NCBI GenBank assembly: GCA_964441745.1
Contig: CAYTYR010000015.1
Location: 1-58,409, forward strand
Origin: an uncultured Clostridia bacterium
GTDB taxonomy: Bacteria; CAYTYR01; UBA6262
Direction: 5' to 3'
Length of the DNA stretch: 58,409 nucleotides
Shown here: in pieces, positions 18,506 to 27,916 of the stretch
How positions within the stretch are numbered: position 1 is the first letter of the stretch
Layout: every line of letters begins with the position of its first letter
Notes under the pieces: model-generated
Told to the model about the DNA's origin: nothing
The model's database searches: none
What the model saw: the letters and a program-made list of their open reading frames with translations, nothing else
Program-made: the position numbers and the translations under genes

Positions 18506-19870
18506 CTACCTTATAACCCCTATTTTGAATTTACTTTCTGAGCCGCCGTTATCGATCACGCAGATATAGCCGCCGCTCTCCACTTTTTCCCCATCGCCAT
18601 TAGCGCCATCCCATTCCAGGGAGTTGATACCTTTAATCCCCGAAACTGTCCAATCCTTGACTAATTCACCGATCAAGCTGTAAATAGTCACTTTTACCGA
18701 ACTGGCACTATCACAATAAAATTTGATCGTGGTTTTACTGGTACCGCTGTTAAAAGGATTAGGATAATTGTATACCTCACTCCTGCTTTTGCCGGAAGCC
18801 CATTTAGTGACAGCCTCTAAGGCATACATATCATTCTTAGCTACAGTATTAGCGTCATTACCTGAAGCGCCGCCAAAAATAATCATTTTCTTGCTCACAG
18901 TGTCGTAGATACCGCTGGCGTTGCGCCGTTGCGGAGGCACATCCGGCCCAGGGGAGATCTGGGACCATAACTTTGTATTAAGATCAAAAGCATAGGTTGT
19001 ATCATAAAAAGCTTCAGTCAAGGTCAAGGGTGCCCACCCCATTGTCACCAGCAGACGGTCATTATCATTGTCATAAGCCATGATATGAGCGGTCCGGGCC
19101 AGATCAGAACTGGCCGTGTTCCCGGGAACAATTTGGGTCCAGCTCTTATTAGTTAAACTAGCCGCGGACAGATCCAATGCCCATAACTCATTAGTGGGTT
19201 CATTATTTGCCTTCATCCCCCCAAAAATAACCATTCTCTTGCGTACCGGGTCAAAAATAGCCGCAGCCTGCCATCGCGCCGGCGCATCGTAACTCAAATT
19301 GGCTTTGGACCATTGGGCTGGAGTAACACTTAAGTCCAGGATATAAGTATCACTCAATACAGTTTGGTCCACATCCCTGCCGCCATAGACTATCATCCGG
19401 TTGAACTGGGGATCAAAAACCGCTGAGTGCGCGCTCCTGGCTGCCGGGACATCAGTCCCGGTACTGGCCAACACCACCCAGGTATTATTATTGGCAATAT
19501 CAAAAGAATATAAGGCATTGGTCACAGCCAGATTATAGCTCAGGCCGGTGTTGCCGGCAAAAACTATGATCCGGTCCGCCGTTGTGTCCATAATTGCCGA
19601 ATGGCCATAGCGTTTAACTGTGTCTGAACTGGCCACTACTACGGTATTTCTGGTAGTGCCCCCCAGATTGATCCAGTAAATGCTGGCATTGGTCAAAAAA
19701 GCATCTCCCAGCAAATACATGGACTGATCACTGGCGTGAAAAACACAGGTATGACCGGAAATAAGCGGGGCAGAGGTCACATCGAGCTGCTCCCAGGTAC
19801 CAGCTCCGGCCACCGCCGCCAATAATAATAAAACGAGTAACATGATGCTTGATCTAATAAAATATTTCAT
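18506..19870 (-). CDS. Secreted Kelch-repeat protein with T9SS-type/FlgD-like C-terminal domain
   Basis: Signal peptide and 6 Kelch-like repeats (HSA...GG...W). C-terminus NYPNPF...IYSLIGELVK...WDG...G.Y...KIGVIR. Confidence 0.88.
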   Translation of the reverse strand: MKYFIRSSIMLLVLLLLAAVAGAGTWEQLDVTSAPLISGHTCVFHASDQSMYLLGDAFLTNASIYWINLGGTTRNTVVVASSDTVKRYGHSAIMDTTADRIIVFAGNTGLSYNLAVTNALYSFDIANNNTWVVLASTGTDVPAARSAHSAVFDPQFNRMIVYGGRDVDQTVLSDTYILDLSVTPAQWSKANLSYDAPARWQAAAIFDPVRKRMVIFGGMKANNEPTNELWALDLSAASLTNKSWTQIVPGNTASSDLARTAHIMAYDNDNDRLLVTMGWAPLTLTEAFYDTTYAFDLNTKLWSQISPGPDVPPQRRNASGIYDTVSKKMIIFGGASGNDANTVAKNDMYALEAVTKWASGKSRSEVYNYPNPFNSGTSKTTIKFYCDSASSVKVTIYSLIGELVKDWTVSGIKGINSLEWDGANGDGEKVESGGYICVIDNGGSESKFKIGVIR

Positions 19871-19893
19871 TTTAACCTCTGCTATATTTTTTT

Positions 19894-19957
19894 AATCCGC
19901 GTAATCATCTTTTGGAATCCGCGTAATCAAGACATTCTGATCCATTCAGGATGTCTT
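19894..19957. repeat. Dispersed element copy A: AATCCGCGTAATC x2 plus hairpin
   Basis: 13-mers at 19894 and 19916 (22 nt period). Hairpin AAGACATTCTGA/TCAGGATGTCTT. Confidence 0.8.
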
Positions 19958-19958
19958 T

Positions 19959-21788
19959 CTATTTTCCGCTGATCTTTTCCAAAACGCTTTGTGCTTTAGT
20001 GACCAGCTTGACTGCATTTTCATTAGTCGGATCCAGCTGTAACAGTTCATTACAGACAGTAACCGATTCCTGGTATTGCCCTTTCAGATACAGGTCCGCG
20101 GCCCGGTAATACAACTGGCTGATCTTCTTTTCATCGATTTTCCTGGAGACCTGCACCGGTTTCTCTTCCTGTTTGATCCTGTCCACGTAATTCCTGGCTG
20201 ACGCATTAGACGGATCCAGCCGTAGTACCAGCCAGAATTCTTTGACGGCATCAGCTTTATCACCGCTCTGATAGAATCCTTCAGCTTTATCATAATGTTC
20301 CCTGACCAAGGCCCTGACTGTCAGTTTAGTATCGCTGATCCTTTTATTAGCGGTTAAATGGTCAGGATTTATTTTTAGTACCTTCTGGTATTCCTTAATC
20401 GCTTCATCATATAATCCCTGATTTTCAAAGTCATCGCCGGACTTGATCAAGGCATTAATATTGACAATGACCTTTTCTTTTTCGCGCTCTTCCAATATAG
20501 CCTGGTCTTCCTTAGCTAACTTGGCATCAATTTTGACGATATATTCCTTGGCCCTTTCATTCCCCGGATCAAGCTTCGCCACTTCTTTCCATTGTTCCAT
20601 GGAATCTACCAGTTTCCCTTCTTCATATAAGGTATAGGCTTTGCTTAGGGATTGTTCCACCAGTTTCCTGTTCACAAAGGATTCCAGCTCGGCATTGACC
20701 CGGCTCACTTTTCCCTGGACAACTTCATTTCCCGGGTCCCAGACCAGGGCTTTTTCCCACTCAGATAAGGCCAGGGCATATTTTTTATTATTATACAGTT
20801 CCGTCCCAGATGCGTCCAAAGATGTTACTTTTTCCTTGATCGCCTGCGGGCTGTATTGGGCTTCGCCGATATACCCGAAACAATAACCGAGGCTAACCCG
20901 GTGGTTCAGTCCCAGGTCATGGGGAACAGCGGCGTAATCCACGCTAAAATTAGCAAAATTCACTCCCAGGCCAAAGGTCAGGTAGTTGTCGATATCTTTG
21001 CCCAGACGCAGCGCCATTCTCTGGCCATACCAATATTCCACGCCCAGATGATTTTTAGCGGTGATGAAACTGGAATAATCAACATCTACAGACAGGATCA
21101 GCTTGTCTTCCCAGCTGGTTGCGACCGGTTCAAATTTATAGGCTGCTCCAAATTTAGTATAAAGCGGGTATTTATCTTCTATGGCCTGTAGTTTGGGCGC
21201 AGGGGCCAGCAGGTTTTGGAAATTAGCCCCGACCGATAATTTATTACCGAGAAATCGGTATAGGACCCCGGCGTCAACGCCAAAATCAGAGCCAGAAAAG
21301 GTATCTACTGTTTTCTTGATAGATTTTATGGTAGTGCCAACGGATAAACGAGTGGAAAGATTATAACCGTATGAGAGTAATATCGCCCGGTCATTAACGG
21401 AAAAAGTCCCAGGTTCGCTTTCAAGAGTCTCTCTTTTTTCGAACTCGCCGCTAGTCAGATTGATCAATCCCAGGCCAAAGGTCCCCCATTTTTCCAACGG
21501 GTGGCCATAGCCGATAAAATTATAATTAGCGCCCTCCCACAAAGGGCAATAAAAAGTGTTAAGCTCATATTTCAGCAACTGGGTCAACCCCGCGGGATTG
21601 TAATACATGGCAGTTATATCATCACTGATCGCCGTAAAGCAATTACCCATGCCCAAAGCCCTGGCACTCTGTCCTAAATGCAGGAAACTGCCCGGCTGGC
21701 CGCCGCTGGAGTCTTTCCCTGAAACAATCACCGGCAAAAACATGATCAGTAGCATAATAATAAAAATAACTTGTGCTTTACGATGCAT
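19959..21788 (-). CDS. PorV/PorQ (UPF0164)-like beta-barrel fused to TPR repeats
   Basis: SARALGMG...DDITAMYYNPAGL signature and beta strands ending in NHRVSLGY, then about 5 TPRs. Confidence 0.85.
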   Translation of the reverse strand: MHRKAQVIFIIMLLIMFLPVIVSGKDSSGGQPGSFLHLGQSARALGMGNCFTAISDDITAMYYNPAGLTQLLKYELNTFYCPLWEGANYNFIGYGHPLEKWGTFGLGLINLTSGEFEKRETLESEPGTFSVNDRAILLSYGYNLSTRLSVGTTIKSIKKTVDTFSGSDFGVDAGVLYRFLGNKLSVGANFQNLLAPAPKLQAIEDKYPLYTKFGAAYKFEPVATSWEDKLILSVDVDYSSFITAKNHLGVEYWYGQRMALRLGKDIDNYLTFGLGVNFANFSVDYAAVPHDLGLNHRVSLGYCFGYIGEAQYSPQAIKEKVTSLDASGTELYNNKKYALALSEWEKALVWDPGNEVVQGKVSRVNAELESFVNRKLVEQSLSKAYTLYEEGKLVDSMEQWKEVAKLDPGNERAKEYIVKIDAKLAKEDQAILEEREKEKVIVNINALIKSGDDFENQGLYDEAIKEYQKVLKINPDHLTANKRISDTKLTVRALVREHYDKAEGFYQSGDKADAVKEFWLVLRLDPSNASARNYVDRIKQEEKPVQVSRKIDEKKISQLYYRAADLYLKGQYQESVTVCNELLQLDPTNENAVKLVTKAQSVLEKISGK

Positions 21789-22013
21789 GATCTACCGCCT
21801 TTTTATGTTAGTCCACCACAACGACTAACTGCTTAAGAAGATTTAAAATAAATAATATCCGGATCAGACATGGTCCAAGAACATCAGATCCTATTCTTCA
21901 ACAAAAAAGTCACCCGCATTAAACCCCGGCGGTGTAATATGGCTGACCTTAAATAAACGTTTTTGCAAACCTGGGTTGAATCCACAGTTATGCCCCCAGT
22001 AATATTTTTTTAT

Positions 22014-22042
22014 ATTCTAAAATAAATAAGGGGGGATGTCAA
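22014..22042 (-). promoter_or_regulatory. Near-consensus sigma70 promoter of the PorV-like operon
   Basis: TTGACA (22042-22037), 17 nt spacer, TAGAAT (22019-22014). Confidence 0.75.
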
Positions 22043-22122
22043 GAAGGAAGAATTAGAATGTCATCTAATATAACCTTTTCTCCCTGGTATGGAGCAGAAG
22101 AGACTAACTCGCAAATTTATAA

Positions 22123-22150
22123 GTAAACCTTTTTTAATACAGAGAGTCTA
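22123..22150 (+). promoter_or_regulatory. ECF-type promoter of the lipoprotein gene
   Basis: GTAAAC-N16-AGTCTA, 40 nt before the ATG. Matches the motif upstream of the ECF sigma gene. Confidence 0.7.
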
Positions 22151-22189
22151 TTAAGAGTGTAAGCATCAAAAATAAAAGGAGGAACGACC

Positions 22190-23140
22190 ATGAAATACAG
22201 AAAAGCAGCACTGCTGGCCCTATTAATAGTATGGGTAGCCAGTCTGGCCTTGCTGAGTGGCTGTAACAAGAAAACTGACTCAGTAACTTCTACGGAAAGC
22301 TCAACGCAGGCTGAGCTGGAAAATATCATTAACCAGAATCCGGATATTTTCACCACTGACCAGGAAGAAACAGAGGAAACCGCGGCCTATTCCAGCGTAG
22401 CGCCCATTTCTGGAATGCAGTATGTCAGCGCTTATTATGTTGATTCTTCATCGGCTACATTACCAGTCGCCTGGTTCAGGAAAAAACAAGGAGCCCCAAC
22501 CAGGAATATAAGCATCAACGAACAAGGTGACACTGCCACGGTGACCATTACTACCAATTGGACCGGCAAAATGTATATCGACCGGACTAATGATGGCAAA
22601 AGAAATCCCGGTTCCAAGCCGATCTATGATACCGGAATAAAGAAAGCCTATTTTGAGAGGATCTATGGGATCTGGACCTTGAAGAAAGTGGCCTGTGTAG
22701 ATCATAATCTCACGAATCCGGCCAACCAAACCGTAGATATCACCCAGGTAGAAGCCAAGGCTAATAGCCAATCCTATATCATAAATGACCCCAGTAATTT
22801 GATGGACATTACTACAGAATTACCTGCGTTTGCTCCCGGAACGGAAGTAAAAGTGATCGCTACTGTTACTAATACCAGGCAAACCTGGAATCCTCCGGTG
22901 TATGTATACCTGCACCATGGGATGCCGTGGGCACATAACCGTCAACTGATGTTTGATGATGGGACTAATGGGGATGAAGTAGCCGGAGACGGTAAATATA
23001 CCAGGACTTATATCATCGGCGCTGGCGACAATGTATATTGGTCATGCGTAATAGACATACTGGATAGCGGTTGCCTGCAAACCGAGACAACTGACGGCTA
23101 TAACTCTACTGCCTGGAGAATACCCTATAAGGTACAATAA
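22190..23140 (+). CDS. Lipoprotein with C-terminal choice-of-anchor X-like Ca-binding motif
   Basis: Lipobox LLSG|C, SD AGGAGG and LMFDDGTNGDEVAGDGKYT motif. Confidence 0.85.
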   Translation: MKYRKAALLALLIVWVASLALLSGCNKKTDSVTSTESSTQAELENIINQNPDIFTTDQEETEETAAYSSVAPISGMQYVSAYYVDSSSATLPVAWFRKKQGAPTRNISINEQGDTATVTITTNWTGKMYIDRTNDGKRNPGSKPIYDTGIKKAYFERIYGIWTLKKVACVDHNLTNPANQTVDITQVEAKANSQSYIINDPSNLMDITTELPAFAPGTEVKVIATVTNTRQTWNPPVYVYLHHGMPWAHNRQLMFDDGTNGDEVAGDGKYTRTYIIGAGDNVYWSCVIDILDSGCLQTETTDGYNSTAWRIPYKVQ

Positions 23141-23152
23141 ACATAAATGACA

Positions 23153-23201
23153 GCCGGGCACAAAATTACATATAATTGTAAATTTGTGCCCGGCCTCTTT
23201 T
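23153..23201 (+). terminator. Hairpin terminator between convergent genes
   Basis: GCCGGGCACAAAATTACA...TGTAAATTTGTGCCCGGC followed by CTCTTTT. Confidence 0.8.
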
Positions 23202-23230
23202 AAACTCGTATTTGGGTGACAGCAGAAGAA

Positions 23231-24274
23231 TTAGAAACTAATACTGGCGCCCAAGGTATAATAGGCGCTCTGGTCCAGATAAACTTCCTTATATAGATTG
23301 TAGCTGGCATTAAGGGTAATATGCCTGGTCAGATAATAATCCAATCCCAAGGTATAAGAATCTGCTTTTACTCCTTCTGGCTCATAGAAATCGTCCAACA
23401 AAGTGCCGATGGTACCGTTAAATGGAGTGCCGTTCTCATTGAGACTAAATTGCAGGACTTCCAGATGTAGATAGTCAACACTAATATTAAATAATGCGCT
23501 GAAGCCCTGCGCCAGCCGCGCCTCATAACTATATTTAGGAAATCCTCTTAAACCAGGAGACAAGGTAAAAAGCATGGCATTAGCCTGCCTGGCCTTAACC
23601 AGCAGAATATTTTCTTCAATGTTAGGATGATACGTGTAATTAGCATAAGCCAGATATAGCGAAGTACTTTGTCGTATAGTTTCGGTTATTCCTATTATCC
23701 AGCTGGTTTGTTTGATCGTTTCTGTAGAATCCTTAGCCGGGACAACAAGCGAGCGGTAGGCGCCCCACCTGGTGCGGTACAAAGCAGTAAAACTATCGAT
23801 ATGGACATCATACACATTATCAGTAGAGGTATAATCGAAATCCAAGGAGGTATTAAAATGGTCACTTGGAACTTCTTCTTCCGCTACCGAGAAACCAATC
23901 AAAGTTACTGTTAATCCGGCGCCAAAGCTATTAGCTTCTGATCCTTCTACTTTTGGTGTCACCGAGTAATTACTCCGTACGCTTAAACTGTCGGTAAGCT
24001 CTGCCCTTAACCCTCCGGTATAAGTTTGAACAGGCTCAGGATCACTACTGATCCCAGGATCACTCTCAGCAGACCCTAAATCACTATAATTATAGCTCAA
24101 GTCCAGGATCAATTTATCCATCAGGCTAAGACTTAAGGAAGTGTAGTTAGCCAGGTAATGATCCTTACCAGAAGTAACGCTGGCGCTTAAGTCTGTTCCG
24201 GCAAATAATTGAGCCGGCAGCAGAACCTGCCCTGCTGCCAGCCAGATCATAAATATAACTATTTTTCTCATCAT
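23231..24274 (-). CDS. Putative outer-membrane beta-barrel protein
   Basis: Signal peptide, alternating amphipathic strands and C-terminal YTLGASISF (terminal Phe). Confidence 0.75.
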   Translation of the reverse strand: MMRKIVIFMIWLAAGQVLLPAQLFAGTDLSASVTSGKDHYLANYTSLSLSLMDKLILDLSYNYSDLGSAESDPGISSDPEPVQTYTGGLRAELTDSLSVRSNYSVTPKVEGSEANSFGAGLTVTLIGFSVAEEEVPSDHFNTSLDFDYTSTDNVYDVHIDSFTALYRTRWGAYRSLVVPAKDSTETIKQTSWIIGITETIRQSTSLYLAYANYTYHPNIEENILLVKARQANAMLFTLSPGLRGFPKYSYEARLAQGFSALFNISVDYLHLEVLQFSLNENGTPFNGTIGTLLDDFYEPEGVKADSYTLGLDYYLTRHITLNASYNLYKEVYLDQSAYYTLGASISF

Positions 24275-24768
24275 TTATTTTGCGCTTTTTTTTGTTTCAT
24301 CCTTTGCTGGATGATCGCCTTACGCTGAGCTGGCGGCAACTGCCGTAACTGCTGCTGTTTTTGCCTCAAATCCTGCCGTTGTTGTGGGGTTAATTGCTGC
24401 CAGCGGCGGTAATTCTGCTTGATCTGCTGCCGTTCCTGCGGGCTAAGTTTTTGCCAGCGCTGGTAATTTTCTTTAAGCGTTTTTCTTTCTTCCGGAGAAA
24501 GCTGCTGGTAGCGTTTCAAGTTGCGTCTGATCCGGGCTTGTTCTTCCGGTGGTAATTCCTTGAATTTTTGCAGTCGTCCCTTAATCTCCTGTTTCTGCTC
24601 CGGGCTTAATTTCTGCCAATCCTGATAGACCTGACGCAGAGACTGTTTTTGCTCCGGGGTCAATTGCTGCCAGCGTTCCCGGTTAGAATCCTGCGCCCAA
24701 AGCGCTCCAGCCGCTAACAGGAATAGCATTAGCAGGATCATTTTCTTAAATAGTTTAGTTGTTTTCAT
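24271..24768 (-). CDS. DUF3106 periplasmic helical-repeat protein
   Basis: Signal peptide then about six 18-aa repeats of the WQQLTPEQ(K/R)Q type. ATG at 24768 follows GAGGTG. Confidence 0.85.
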   Translation of the reverse strand: MKTTKLFKKMILLMLFLLAAGALWAQDSNRERWQQLTPEQKQSLRQVYQDWQKLSPEQKQEIKGRLQKFKELPPEEQARIRRNLKRYQQLSPEERKTLKENYQRWQKLSPQERQQIKQNYRRWQQLTPQQRQDLRQKQQQLRQLPPAQRKAIIQQRMKQKKAQNK

Positions 24769-25003
24769 CTGTTTCACCTCTAAGGTTATCTATTTCCGTT
24801 TCCGCAGGCGCCGTCGCAGACAATACATCATAATGTTCCAGGAGATCTAAATTATCCGCTAACTGGTAGTCCAGCAAAGAGTCCAGATTATCGATGATTT
24901 CCTGGTCTGATTCATCTTGGTTTGAGAACAACAGCGGTATATTTAGGAACACCGCTATCATGGTTATCATTATGAGCAGTCTGCTTGTATTCCGCATGAT
25001 CAT
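24755..25003 (-). CDS. Small exported acidic protein resembling the anti-sigma C-terminal tail
   Basis: N-terminal hydrophobic segment, then DQEIIDNLDSLLDYQLADNLDLLEHYDVL. Overlaps both neighbours, suggesting translational coupling. Confidence 0.7.
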   Translation of the reverse strand: MIMRNTSRLLIMITMIAVFLNIPLLFSNQDESDQEIIDNLDSLLDYQLADNLDLLEHYDVLSATAPAETEIDNLRGETDENN

Positions 25004-25476
25004 CCCCGTAACTGCTCCGCTTCAGGTAAATTTTCCAGTATCTCCAGGTCCTGGATCAATTCATAGTTCTCGATCAACTCTAATTCCTGCACTATCTGCA
25101 AGTCAGAAGAAGTCATTTCCGGCCTGTGTTTGACCAACCGGGCACTGGTGACAACAAATAGCAACAAGATAACCGCTCCGGCCAATACCGGCACTAATCG
25201 CCGGGGCATAAGCAATCCTTGCCACCAGGACCTTGCTGTTTTTTCAGCTTCCAGTTTCTGGTACACTTTATATTGAAAATCCTGCCAAAAAGCAGAAGAT
25301 TTGTCTTTTTCCATTTGTTCCCGAGCCACTAGGGTTAAGGCTTTTTTGATCTGCACATATGTTTGCCGGCAAGAGTTGCATGTTTCCAAGTGCCTGGCAA
25401 TTTCGGATATTGCGGGACCATCAAGTTCCTGGTAATAGTAGTTGACCATGGACTGCTGGATTTTTTTACATTCCAT
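25000..25476 (-). CDS. Zinc-finger (zf-HC2/ZAS) anti-sigma factor
   Basis: MEC...HLETCNSC motif and a single TM helix, directly downstream of the ECF sigma. Confidence 0.9.
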   Translation of the reverse strand: MECKKIQQSMVNYYYQELDGPAISEIARHLETCNSCRQTYVQIKKALTLVAREQMEKDKSSAFWQDFQYKVYQKLEAEKTARSWWQGLLMPRRLVPVLAGAVILLLFVVTSARLVKHRPEMTSSDLQIVQELELIENYELIQDLEILENLPEAEQLRG

Positions 25477-25481
25477 AATTA

Positions 25482-26087
25482 TTACCTCTGTTCTTTGAAT
25501 TCTTTCAATATTTCCCGTAATCGCTGCACGGCCCGGAATAAATGGGTTTTTACTGTCCCCTCAGCCAATCCGGTAATTCCCGCGATTTCGCTAATTTTCA
25601 ATTCTTCAAAATGCTTTAAAGTAAAAACTTCTTTCTGCTGCCGCGGCAGCGCCTGGAGTGATTTTTCCAGTTGTTGTTTTAATTCTTCATTATTGAGCAG
25701 GCGCTGCGGATCGCCATCCAAGCTTTGGTCCGGCACGCAAGTTTCCAGAGATTGTTCCATCCCTTCATCTTCTCCATCCCTTTGGGTGAAGTTGAAAGTA
25801 AACCGGTTAACCAGATACCGGCGCCGGTGATAACTGCGGCACAGGTTCAGTAATATCTGATAAAACCAGGTTTGGAAACTGGCTGTACCGCGAAATGCCT
25901 GTATATTCTTAAAGACCCTGACAAAACCTTCCTGCGCCAAGTCTTCCGCATCTTCCGGCTGGCTGACCAAGTGCAGACAAAAATAGTAGGCTCTTTTCTG
26001 GTATTTTTCCAGAAGCAAGCCAAAAGCTGCCTGGTCGCCGTTCTTGATACTCTCAATTAGCTGCTGGTCAGAATCCTTATTTTCCAC
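25482..26087 (-). CDS. ECF RNA polymerase sigma factor
   Basis: DAEDLAQEGF, FQTWFYQILLN and EIAGITGLAEGTVKTHLFRA motifs. Confidence 0.95.
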   Translation of the reverse strand: MENKDSDQQLIESIKNGDQAAFGLLLEKYQKRAYYFCLHLVSQPEDAEDLAQEGFVRVFKNIQAFRGTASFQTWFYQILLNLCRSYHRRRYLVNRFTFNFTQRDGEDEGMEQSLETCVPDQSLDGDPQRLLNNEELKQQLEKSLQALPRQQKEVFTLKHFEELKISEIAGITGLAEGTVKTHLFRAVQRLREILKEFKEQR

Positions 26088-26099
26088 CCTCTACCTCTA

Positions 26100-26127
26100 T
26101 AGACGCCTAATTCATAAAATAGTTTAC
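26100..26127 (-). promoter_or_regulatory. Autoregulatory ECF promoter
   Basis: GTAAAC-N16-CGTCTA immediately upstream of the sigma gene. Confidence 0.75.
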
Positions 26128-26224
26128 CTACTTCTATAACCTTCACCCAATTACCAGTATTGTAACTTTACAGATGTCCAATTGGCCTATAAATTCTCAA
26201 CGATAATATCTTGTTGAGATTTAA

Positions 26225-26272
26225 AATCCGCGTAATTGGTTCTTAAATCCGCGAAATCCCGCTTGACGGCGG
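26225..26272. repeat. Dispersed element copy B (degenerate)
   Basis: AATCCGCGTAATT at 26225 and AATCCGCGAAATC at 26246, then a small CCGC...GCGG hairpin. Confidence 0.65.
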
Positions 26273-26336
26273 AATGATTACGGATAAGTTTATGACTACT
26301 ATATTCCTTGAGTTAATTTGGACAGCAATGTTGAAC

Positions 26337-27908
26337 TTAATTTTCAATAATCTTCTGGGCCGGGAGCGTAAAAATAAAACTGCTGCCGCTGCGCGGGTCG
26401 CTTGCGACCCTGATCCTGCCGCCATGTCTCTCGATGATCCTTTTTACCAGGGGCAAACCTAAGCCTGCTCCTTCTGTCTGGCCGGTGAAACTTTCTTCGA
26501 TCTGGTAAAACATCTGGAATATTTTATCTTGTTCTTCAGGGGAGATACCTGAGCCATTATCAGTGATACTGAATTCAATCATTTCCCCGGGTATTTTCCG
26601 CCCGCTTATTTTGACGGTTTTTTCCGTTTTATCGTTGAATTTTATGGCATTATCAATCAGGTTAAAGAAAACCTCTTTGATCTTTTCTTCATCAACATAT
26701 AAGCTGACAATAGCATTACAGGAATCGTCAACCTCTAATTTGACCCCTTTTTGGAAGACTGCCTCATGGAAATGACCGTATATTTCCCTGCATATTCCCT
26801 TCAAATTAACCACCGTACGGTTTAATTCCAGCACTTTACCTTCAACCATAGTAAAGGCCAGGAGCTTGTTAACCAGGTTAGCCAATTGATGTCCTTGCCG
26901 GTCAATATCCATCAGCGCATTATTTTGAAAATCAGAAAGTGTTTTTTTTGTTTTCTGATCCATTAAAAGGATGGCTGAATAGCCTAAAATACTGGTTAAA
27001 GGAGTCCTTAATTTGTGCGAGATCACTGACAAGAAATTTTGTTTCAGCAAGCTTTCTTTCTTAGCTTCTGTAACATCCCGTAATAGGATGATATAGCCGG
27101 AGATCTGTTTTTGCTCATCATTGATCCTGGTCGTGGCACATTCCAGGAAATATTTTTTTCCCTCGCGCCGTTTCATCTCGTAGGTGACAGACCGGCCGAT
27201 AAGCTCCTGCAAAGGAACAGAAAAATCATAATTGCCCCGCAAAGCATCCAGGAAATGATGCCGCAGCAGCTGGCTCTTTTCCAACCCCAGGAGACGCTCC
27301 GCGGATTCATTCAGCATGAGTATTTGATAATTGGCATCAGTCACTACAGCGCCATCGCTCATTCCCTTAAAGACCGCCTCGATCTCTTCTTTTTTCTCCC
27401 GTACTTCTTTGAAGAGACGGGCATTCTCTATCGCGACAGCAGCCTGGGCGGCCAGGGCTTCCAGAATTTGCTGGTCTTCAGCGCTAAAAGTCCCCTCGTC
27501 TTTTTTATTAATAGCTTCCATGACCCCAATGACCTTATCCCGGAAAATGAGCGGCACGCACATTATGGATTTAGTTTTAAAACTTGATTTAGTATCTGCC
27601 CGTGAACTCCAGCGAGGATCATTTTCCACATCGTTGACAATCAGGGCTTTCCCTTGTTGAACCACCCAGCCGGCGATACCTTCCCCTACTTTTAACCTGA
27701 TCTGCTTTACTTGTTCTCCCCTCTCTCCCAACGCAATATCAAAGACCAGCTCATTAGTGGCTGTATCCAGCAACATCAGACTGCCGGCTTCAGCTTTTAC
27801 CACCAGGGCGGCTTGCTCCACAATAATAGTCAATAATTTTGCCAGGTCCAGGGTCGAATTCAGGATCTTATTAATTTCCAGTAAATGTGCCAGGTCCTTA
27901 GCTTCCAT
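26337..27908 (-). CDS. GAF-PAS sensor histidine kinase
   Basis: H-box SHKLRTPL, N-box NLIDNAIKF, G1 DNGSGI and G2 GAGLGL. Confidence 0.93.
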   Translation of the reverse strand: MEAKDLAHLLEINKILNSTLDLAKLLTIIVEQAALVVKAEAGSLMLLDTATNELVFDIALGERGEQVKQIRLKVGEGIAGWVVQQGKALIVNDVENDPRWSSRADTKSSFKTKSIMCVPLIFRDKVIGVMEAINKKDEGTFSAEDQQILEALAAQAAVAIENARLFKEVREKKEEIEAVFKGMSDGAVVTDANYQILMLNESAERLLGLEKSQLLRHHFLDALRGNYDFSVPLQELIGRSVTYEMKRREGKKYFLECATTRINDEQKQISGYIILLRDVTEAKKESLLKQNFLSVISHKLRTPLTSILGYSAILLMDQKTKKTLSDFQNNALMDIDRQGHQLANLVNKLLAFTMVEGKVLELNRTVVNLKGICREIYGHFHEAVFQKGVKLEVDDSCNAIVSLYVDEEKIKEVFFNLIDNAIKFNDKTEKTVKISGRKIPGEMIEFSITDNGSGISPEEQDKIFQMFYQIEESFTGQTEGAGLGLPLVKRIIERHGGRIRVASDPRSGSSFIFTLPAQKIIEN

Positions 27909-27916
27909 ACAACCTC

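Noticed and set aside
21978-21990. DnaA-box-like sequence suggesting oriC
   Set aside because: Only a single two-mismatch box, with no cluster and no dnaA or other replication genes nearby.
21970-22000. GGGGGCATAACTGTGGATTCAAC resembles a tmRNA 5' end
   Set aside because: No matching T-arm/acceptor 3' end (GTTCGA...CCA) or tag reading frame downstream.
26128-26224. Possible gene remnant (QDIIVENL, IGQL fragments) with a hairpin upstream of the ECF promoter
   Set aside because: The fragments are too short and in different frames, so no family assignment can be supported.
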